Source of the DNA: a virus
Length of the DNA: 64,000 nt
Virus record (IMG/VR): IMGVR_UViG_3300013099_000002
Span: 25,838 to 89,837 of that record
Strand: one strand, 5' to 3'
In this document: one piece after another, positions 57,934 to 64,000 of the stretch
Layout of the letters: each line of letters begins with the position of its first letter
Numbering within the stretch: position 1 is the first letter of the stretch
The notes under the pieces: model-generated
The model's database searches: none
Told to the model about the DNA's origin: nothing
What the model saw: only the letters and a program-made list of their open reading frames with translations
Made by a program: the position numbers and the translations under genes

Positions 57934-59259
57934 TTAGTGCCCAACAATGCTATCTAATGAAGTGCCTTCCCATAGAGAATCATCAGCATCATTTTTCTTC
58001 ATTGTGCGAGATTGATTGCCCAAGCTTTCACTGTGTACAACATCACTACCAACAACAACAGTACCATTAACAGCTTCATCAGCAGACTTAGCCACTTTTT
58101 CTACTGCACTTATTCTGGTCGTTAATTCTTCGTTCGATTTTTCAACCGCAACTAAAGAAGTTTTTACACCAGATAATCCATCTTCAATCTGTGTCTGCAT
58201 TGACTTCAATAAAGTCATCAATTCAGAGTTAGAATCGTCCTTGCTCACGGTTTCATCTTTATCAGTATCCGTAGATTCTGTTTCAGATTCACCACTCTCA
58301 TCACCTTCACCCTTCGTTACGTTTGGGTTCAAAATGTCTTGGTCAATATCCCCAGCAACAGCTTCATTGATTGCAGATGCTTCCTCAGCGGCTACATCAG
58401 CTTCACTTTTTTGGGTTGTTTCTTCCGTACCTGCATCTTCAGTTGCGGCTGTATCAGCTACTTCATCTTGCGCGGTTTCGGTTGTTTGTGAAGATTCTTC
58501 ACTGGTTTGTTCGGCATCAGCGGTTGCTTCATCACTATTAGCTTCATCAGCAGAAGTTTCATCTTCAGTAGTTTCGGCAACAGTTTCAGTTTCACCTTCT
58601 TCTTTAGCAATCAAATTACCTTCGAGTTTAAAAACCACTTCCGGTAAATCTGTAGCTAATGCCGTCACGAATGACCCAAATTCGCCAATAGCTTTAGCCA
58701 TATCCGCACGAACATCAGTCGAGTTATCAGCTTTGCGTAGGATATTATGGAAAGTATCCATCAATGCATCGGTAGCAGTAAATACTCCAGGCATGAATCC
58801 CGCACCAGCAATATTTTCTGCAAAAGAAATACTGTCTGTATAAGGTTGGAATGATTTTTGTACATTGCTAACCATAGCTACAACGTCATCACTCATTTTA
58901 AAAGCCATAACTTCATCTTCATTGAAGTCATCTACTTGTTTCAAAATCAAAGCATCTTCACGCTCGATTGTATTATCAGTTTTAAAACCTTTCTCAACAA
59001 GAATCGGTAAAAGCTTATCAGCATCTTCTTTACGAATAGCTAATGCCGTAACCGTAGGCACTTGTTTTGAAGGCTCGCCATCACGTTTAAAAACGCTGCT
59101 CAAATTGAACATAGGTAAACTCCCATCTTTTGAATTATCATTATCGGACTTCGTTATTCTAAACGGTATCCGGTTTGCTGGTCTAGTGACCAAAGAAATA
59201 AAAGATACTTTCGCATCCTCCAACTCCTTAGCGTTCATCTTAATTTTAGGCAACTTCAA
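57934..59259 (-). CDS. scaffold protein with N-terminal XkdF-like ISLV..PAN segment
   Basis: ELEDAKVSFISLVTRPAN, long acidic linker, coiled-coil C-terminus; precedes MCP. Confidence 0.7.
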   Translation of the reverse strand: MKLPKIKMNAKELEDAKVSFISLVTRPANRIPFRITKSDNDNSKDGSLPMFNLSSVFKRDGEPSKQVPTVTALAIRKEDADKLLPILVEKGFKTDNTIEREDALILKQVDDFNEDEVMAFKMSDDVVAMVSNVQKSFQPYTDSISFAENIAGAGFMPGVFTATDALMDTFHNILRKADNSTDVRADMAKAIGEFGSFVTALATDLPEVVFKLEGNLIAKEEGETETVAETTEDETSADEANSDEATADAEQTSEESSQTTETAQDEVADTAATEDAGTEETTQKSEADVAAEEASAINEAVAGDIDQDILNPNVTKGEGDESGESETESTDTDKDETVSKDDSNSELMTLLKSMQTQIEDGLSGVKTSLVAVEKSNEELTTRISAVEKVAKSADEAVNGTVVVGSDVVHSESLGNQSRTMKKNDADDSLWEGTSLDSIVGH

Positions 59260-59836
59260 ATCCCTCCATACTTTCTACGATAGAAAATTTATGGGTATGC
59301 CCTTCAGCTTCCCCAGTAACCGTAGCTTTAGAAATGGTGTGAACATGTCCATTGACTATGTTTGTACTCCCACCAAGAAAATTTCCCTGCTCATCAAACT
59401 TAACTGTAAATTCGTGCGTGTGTTCAGTGTTATCAGATAGGGTTTCACCGATAATAGTATCTGGCACTTCCAATTCAATAACCTTGGATGTTGCCTTTAC
59501 CAGTGCTTCCATAGAAAAGCCGTTTAATTCGCCATTCTTAATCAGTGCCCAAATCTCTGGGTCTGGAACGTGAACCCCAACAACCCAAGCACCATCTACA
59601 AAGATAGGGTCATCGGCATTGGTTATATAAGACTCTACTACAATAGAACCTGTTTCTTCATTATCGTGATTAGTATCAATCGCTGTAAGAGAGCCGTGTT
59701 TCATAAACTCATGTGCCATTTTTACGACTTCTTTTTCAGTCATAAAATCGCCCTGAGAATCTGGCACGTTTGGAGCATAAACTTCCCCATACACCACTTG
59801 CAATTCGTCATCTAATTTTTTCAGAAGCATTATCAT
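59246..59836 (-). CDS. XkdF-like prohead serine protease
   Basis: Q.VYGEVYAP...DSQGDFM, ID.NH, VVESYI, GAWV.G, W..IK.GE.NGFS. Confidence 0.85.
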   Translation of the reverse strand: MIMLLKKLDDELQVVYGEVYAPNVPDSQGDFMTEKEVVKMAHEFMKHGSLTAIDTNHDNEETGSIVVESYITNADDPIFVDGAWVVGVHVPDPEIWALIKNGELNGFSMEALVKATSKVIELEVPDTIIGETLSDNTEHTHEFTVKFDEQGNFLGGSTNIVNGHVHTISKATVTGEAEGHTHKFSIVESMEGFEVA

Positions 59837-59866
59837 GGTTTAAATTTACTACCTCTTTTTAGTTAT

Positions 59867-59880
59867 TGCAATCAATTGCA
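59867..59880. repeat. 14-bp near-palindrome (copy 13)
   Basis: TGCAATCAATTGCA exact, intergenic. Confidence 0.95.
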
Positions 59881-59914
59881 CAAAGTTTTTTAATTTAATT
59901 TAAAGTAAATATTA

Positions 59915-60076
59915 TTATTCAGTGCTAATTCTATTTTTTAAATCTTTTTTTGCATCCTTTATTGCCTTTATAACTTCAGTGGTTTCTTCTTTGGATTCTA
60001 ATTCAGCAATCCATTCAATAATTTCCTCTTCTGAAGAATACCTAGTTACAGGTGAATCTATTAAAAGAATATCCAT
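59915..60076 (-). CDS. small acidic protein coupled to MuF gene (53 aa, not in ORF track)
   Basis: Hand translation MDILLIDSPVTRYSSEEEIIEWIAELESKEETTEVIKAIKDAKKDLKNRISTE; TAATG overlap, GGGG RBS. Confidence 0.7.
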   Translation of the reverse strand: MDILLIDSPVTRYSSEEEIIEWIAELESKEETTEVIKAIKDAKKDLKNRISTE

Positions 60077-61584
60077 TACAATATACCCCCTCTATTTATT
60101 TCCTCTACTATCTCTTTCATCCCATTCAAGTAATGACTTGACGGCTGGGTTGCTAAAATAGCCTCATACTCAACTACACCTAAATCACGAAGAACTAAAT
60201 TAACCCCGTGCCAATGATTACTTTGTGCTTCTGCTACGGTTATTTTCCCTTTCAATAAAGTATCCGCTTTTTTATAAACCAAATCGGAAATTTTATCTGT
60301 TTTTTCTATGAATCCTTTGGGTTGTAACATCCTACCTAAGTATTCATTCCCTTGATTGCTTGCAGCAACAATAGTCCCATTTATATTACCTGCTATGCTG
60401 AAATCAGCAGGTGATAATGATTGTGAGCTGGGGTGGTTGTGAACCAACACCACATCCTCTGCTTCCTTCATAGCAGTCATTTCTTCAGGACTAAAAGCAA
60501 CTGCGTTTTTCTCACCACGTTTAGCTATTATAGCAGAGCCATTTTTATCATAAACCCAAGCATACTCAATGCTACCTGCTTGTTCTCTTATACCATTACT
60601 GGTAACAAATTCCCTACCCTTATCATAAAAACCAGTATCCGCTACGTCAAGTAAAGGTACCACTTCTCTAACAGTTTGTGCTTCTACTGCTTCAGTCGCA
60701 ATAGGTAATGGAATAGTTGGTACAGATAATGGAGCCTCTTTATCAGTTCTTCTTAATACGCCTCGGCATCTTGGATGATAAGGAGGGGTATCCCAGCCAG
60801 CATTTATAAGTTCACCGTCTGACATACTTTGGAGTTTTTTAATGCCCTGCTTTGATTGATTAGGCCACGGTGCCATAGACTTTAATTGTTCTGGGTCAGT
60901 AACATCTAATACCCCCTCTAATCTTAATTTAGCAGTATCTACTGGGAACACTTTTCCATTCATTGCACTGCAAACAGGACAAGTCCTACCATCCATTACT
61001 TCTGAAACCATAAAAGAAGTGTGTCCTAGTAATGATGCTTCAGTAGTAAATCCCCAACTTGCTAATCTGGAGGTGTGCAAACTGGAACCAATATCTATCA
61101 TGCTTTTACCGTTGCTACTCACATTTGAAGTAAAGCTACGGACAAAACCACTTGTTGCTCCTTTTTGAGTAACAAACTCTGATTCTTTTTGAGCCACCTC
61201 TTCTAAATCTAAAAGCCTGTGGGCACTTTTCTTAATCAATTCGGTAGTGTTCAACACAATCATTCTAATAATCGTGTCAGTGGCCTTTTTAAGCTGTTCT
61301 GGTGGTGGTTTTCCTGCAAAACCAGTGTCCTTTGCCGCAGAAAAATCCCGTGCCCCGAATAAAATAGCCTGCATCCCTATCAATTCAATAAACTGTCTTT
61401 GAGCTATAACAGCCTTGGTAAGATTGATGCTATTTATTTCATCACGGGCATTATTGAAATCACCTTTACGAGCCGCACTAGCCGCCCGTTTTACTTTAGG
61501 TAAATATTCTTTCTTGGTCGCGGTGTCCAATTTCTTTGCTAATGAGAACTCCAAAACCAAGAATGCTTCATTCTTGATTGCCAT
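60076..61584 (-). CDS. MuF-like minor head protein with C-terminal JAB/MPN-like domain
   Basis: D.RTCPVC..M.G, PPYHPRCR (MuF); then E...(x)n...HNHPS..SLS..D. Confidence 0.78.
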   Translation of the reverse strand: MAIKNEAFLVLEFSLAKKLDTATKKEYLPKVKRAASAARKGDFNNARDEINSINLTKAVIAQRQFIELIGMQAILFGARDFSAAKDTGFAGKPPPEQLKKATDTIIRMIVLNTTELIKKSAHRLLDLEEVAQKESEFVTQKGATSGFVRSFTSNVSSNGKSMIDIGSSLHTSRLASWGFTTEASLLGHTSFMVSEVMDGRTCPVCSAMNGKVFPVDTAKLRLEGVLDVTDPEQLKSMAPWPNQSKQGIKKLQSMSDGELINAGWDTPPYHPRCRGVLRRTDKEAPLSVPTIPLPIATEAVEAQTVREVVPLLDVADTGFYDKGREFVTSNGIREQAGSIEYAWVYDKNGSAIIAKRGEKNAVAFSPEEMTAMKEAEDVVLVHNHPSSQSLSPADFSIAGNINGTIVAASNQGNEYLGRMLQPKGFIEKTDKISDLVYKKADTLLKGKITVAEAQSNHWHGVNLVLRDLGVVEYEAILATQPSSHYLNGMKEIVEEINRGGIL

Positions 61585-61587
61585 TTT

Positions 61588-63414
61588 TTAAGTCCCGTGA
61601 TCTTGGTCGCAGCATTCATGTTTCATCATTAAAATATCTGTAGCCGCACCCATCAATTCAGTTGCACCTTCAGGGTCATTATCAAAACCTGACATTAATT
61701 TAATGGAAACGTAAGCATCAAATAAAGTTCTTTGGTCATCAGGCATTGACTTTATAACTTCATAAAGTGGTAGGGGGTCAATTTTAGTATCAGCCCCAGA
61801 ACTATAAGCCGCCCAAGTTCCGGCAAGCTCAATCATTTCCATAGGGTCAATCTTAGAAACCTTCTGTGTTCCTTGTGGGGTTGATTGTCTACCCAATGCA
61901 TTGATTATATCAGCGTTATCTTCTTCCCCCTCTACCGGCTCCTCAGTGGGCTTAACAACCGGTTCACTTGCCACACCTTCGGGTATTTTAAGATTCATGT
62001 TCGTTACTTCATTAATAGCCTTAATAAATCCTTCTTTATCTAATGCATCTTTTGAAAGTTCAATTCCTTTCAGTTGTTGTGTGGCATCACGAACTGCTAA
62101 CGGTAATGAGCGGAAAGTAAATCCTGGAGCTATATGCTTCATAATAGTGTTGTTCATTATCTCATCGAATTCAGACCGTTCTGGTTGAAATACTTGAGCT
62201 TCTGCAACAGTGTAAGAAGCGAAGGCGGTAGCAAAAGAATAATCATCTGCTTTACCTACGAACATTGGAGGTAATCGAAAACTAGACCTTACCCGTTTTT
62301 CACAACGAGAATCATAATTCTCAAACATCGAGTCTTGTTGTCGTTCCGCACCGAACCTTTCTACGGTCATCCGAACATTACCAGCAGAATCTAATGAGCC
62401 ACCGGTTGATTGAACTTCAATAATAGCGGCTCTATGCTTGCTTGCCCCTTTACCAGATAAGTAAGTGTTTAATTGTTTTCTTACAGGTTCCGTTAATTCG
62501 CCACCTTGGATAGCAATAATAGCTGGAGGTAATCCACCGGCATTAAAGAAATCGAGATTTAATTCTTCGGCTTTTCTGGAACCCAATATTGAAGGTATCT
62601 GATTAATCCATCTTGGTAAACCATAAGGACTTGTAACATCACGAATAGGGTAAAAATGTATAACTTCCGTAGCTCTATCTTCTACTGGTAATTTCTGACC
62701 TTGTTCAGCCCAAATACCAGTCCATTTATTTAAGTCCCGACTTGCATTAAATTCTTTAAAGAAAATACTTTTATCACCAATCTTTTGAACAAATCTACGT
62801 TCCCGTTTAATGATAGTTACGTTTTGTTCAGAACCGAACCTCATAATAGTTACGGAAACTGGAACAGGGTCATCCAATTTAAGCAGTCTCATACTTACCG
62901 ATTCTAAAGCTTTGGCAAAAACAATATCACCACTAATAGACCGCAATACTTCCAAATAAGAATTACCAGAAGCTTCTTGGTCTCTACGGAGTTCTCTGCG
63001 AACAGTAATAAATGATTTAGTTGGAAAAATCTCATCAAAGAATTCAGTGATTCCTTCCGCTTCTTTTTTCTCAGCATCCGTTTGTTCTTCGCCACCATTT
63101 GAAGCAGTAACTTCATACCCAGTGCCATCAATGTTTACTTCCATTGCCGCAATACACTGACCAAGTGCATTATTTTCTTGGCAAAAAGATGATAAGGTAC
63201 TTGGATTAAATGGAGGTTTTAATACTTTGGCATTAGGGCTTGATTCAGCATCAAAATAATCTAAAGAAAAAATATCATCAATCAATAATGCATTAGATTG
63301 AAGAACATCACCTTCAGCTTTAGATACTTTTTTGGCTTTAACTAATGTGACAGATGACTGAGTGCCCATGGCATTGCCAACCTCATCATCCTTCTTTTTA
63401 ATTGTGACAGGCAT
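61588..63414 (-). CDS. portal protein (PBSX-like)
   Basis: GN.YLEV.R, EVIHF, YGLPRW, N..FF..GG.P, FRLPP..VG. Confidence 0.88.
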   Translation of the reverse strand: MPVTIKKKDDEVGNAMGTQSSVTLVKAKKVSKAEGDVLQSNALLIDDIFSLDYFDAESSPNAKVLKPPFNPSTLSSFCQENNALGQCIAAMEVNIDGTGYEVTASNGGEEQTDAEKKEAEGITEFFDEIFPTKSFITVRRELRRDQEASGNSYLEVLRSISGDIVFAKALESVSMRLLKLDDPVPVSVTIMRFGSEQNVTIIKRERRFVQKIGDKSIFFKEFNASRDLNKWTGIWAEQGQKLPVEDRATEVIHFYPIRDVTSPYGLPRWINQIPSILGSRKAEELNLDFFNAGGLPPAIIAIQGGELTEPVRKQLNTYLSGKGASKHRAAIIEVQSTGGSLDSAGNVRMTVERFGAERQQDSMFENYDSRCEKRVRSSFRLPPMFVGKADDYSFATAFASYTVAEAQVFQPERSEFDEIMNNTIMKHIAPGFTFRSLPLAVRDATQQLKGIELSKDALDKEGFIKAINEVTNMNLKIPEGVASEPVVKPTEEPVEGEEDNADIINALGRQSTPQGTQKVSKIDPMEMIELAGTWAAYSSGADTKIDPLPLYEVIKSMPDDQRTLFDAYVSIKLMSGFDNDPEGATELMGAATDILMMKHECCDQDHGT

Positions 63415-63425
63415 ATTTTCCTCAT

Positions 63426-63439
63426 TGCAATTGATTGCA
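63426..63439. repeat. 14-bp near-palindrome (copy 14)
   Basis: TGCAATTGATTGCA exact, just upstream of portal RBS. Confidence 0.95.
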
Positions 63440-63469
63440 TTAAGGAAGAAGCATACAACCTCTAATACT

Positions 63470-63506
63470 AAAAAACCAGTCCTTTTGAGTAAAAAAGAAC
63501 CGGTTT
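63470..63506 (-). terminator. intrinsic terminator before the head operon
   Basis: AAACCGGTTCTTTT/AAAAGGACTGGTTT stem followed by T tract. Confidence 0.65.
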
Positions 63507-63541
63507 ATTAGATTTTTTGGTGGTTTTTTACCAATTATTTA

Positions 63542-63817
63542 TTAAAGGTAAACAACCATACATGTTTGATTCCGTGAATTAGTGCCCGTAGTAATTAAAA
63601 AACCAGCTTGAGATAATATGTTTTCAAAATCCCAATTTGCAAATCTCCAGCCCTTAGTTTTTATATGGGTTTGTAAATAGGATATTGCTTGGCCGGTTAC
63701 AGATTCGCCTTCCACAGAATAACCATCGAATAATAACTCCATAATATCATCAGAGAATTTTTCAGGGGTATCAAATTCGTCAGTAATTTCGTCACGTTGT
63801 ATTGAGATAGTTTTCAT
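63542..63817 (-). CDS. hypothetical protein (early-type)
   Basis: 91 aa after promoter and AACGGATT leader. Confidence 0.75.
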   Translation of the reverse strand: MKTISIQRDEITDEFDTPEKFSDDIMELLFDGYSVEGESVTGQAISYLQTHIKTKGWRFANWDFENILSQAGFLITTGTNSRNQTCMVVYL

Positions 63818-63851
63818 TTTTTAATCCGTTTTGTTTTTTGAGTGTAGGTTA

Positions 63852-63879
63852 ATTATACATGAATAATTTTAATTGTGAA
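63852..63879 (-). promoter_or_regulatory. sigma70-type promoter (variant -35)
   Basis: TTCACA-16nt-TATAAT; spacer and flank match the 1213 promoter. Confidence 0.75.
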
Positions 63880-63892
63880 ATAAATATTTAAT

Positions 63893-64000
63893 TTATTTTA
63901 ATTGTTCTGAACCAGTTTTATACATCAATGTTACGCGGTCATAAGTATTCAACAAATTAGCTTCATCAGTTTTTGACCATTTATTTCTTCTTGAATCAAC
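63893..64000 (-). CDS. 3' end of a gene (partial)
   Basis: Open frame VDSRRNKW...EQLK* running in from the window end. Confidence 0.5.
   Translation of the reverse strand, partial: VDSRRNKWSKTDEANLLNTYDRVTLMYKTGSEQLK

Noticed and set aside
2013-62188. Plus-strand ORFs in the track, e.g. 51693..52478 and 58016..58843
   Set aside because: All are antisense shadows of well-supported minus-strand genes, with no recognisable motifs
1761-63439. 14-bp repeat as a CRISPR repeat, or as an FNR or NtrC site
   Set aside because: Copies are kilobases apart with no spacer array; the geometry does not match TTGAT-N4-ATCAA or TGCAC-N7-GTGCA
1-64000. tRNA genes, integrase/att sites, stop-codon reassignment
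   Set aside because: No cloverleaf or recombinase motifs seen; long genes are intact under the standard code

Overview
This window is most of a tailed dsDNA phage genome, AT-rich (roughly 35-37% GC by eye) and siphovirus-like (long tape measure, no sheath gene). Essentially every real gene is on the minus strand. In transcription order (right to left): small promoter-driven genes; head module (portal, MuF-like protein, XkdF-type protease, scaffold, major capsid); head-tail and tail module (major tail protein, frameshifting chaperone, tape measure, tail fibre, with an embedded sulfotransferase); a second block of virion/fibre proteins; a CheY-like receiver and lysis cassette; replication and recombination genes (AAA ATPase, initiator, DnaB, primase, SSB, helicase, RecA, Cas4-like nuclease, two resolvases); nucleotide and sulfur metabolism (MazG-like, APS kinase, NrdJb-like, dCMP deaminase, thermonuclease); a ParB/GNAT/PAPS-reductase-like/ParB/methyltransferase operon coupled to TerS-TerL; and more small promoter-driven genes. 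I saw no DNA polymerase, integrase, tRNA or CRISPR array. Most notable: (1) 14 exact copies of the 14-bp near-palindrome TGCAAT(CA/TG)ATTGCA spread across the window; (2) a packaging-linked candidate DNA-modification operon; (3) a phage APS kinase plus sulfotransferase; (4) a shared N-terminal peptide MP[VIL][KT]I[KNTI]KK on six unrelated proteins; (5) an HNH insertion flanked by a recoded duplicate of the primase 5' end; (6) a MuF-JAB fusion followed by a small coupled ORF. All functional calls come from motif recognition by eye, not database searches.
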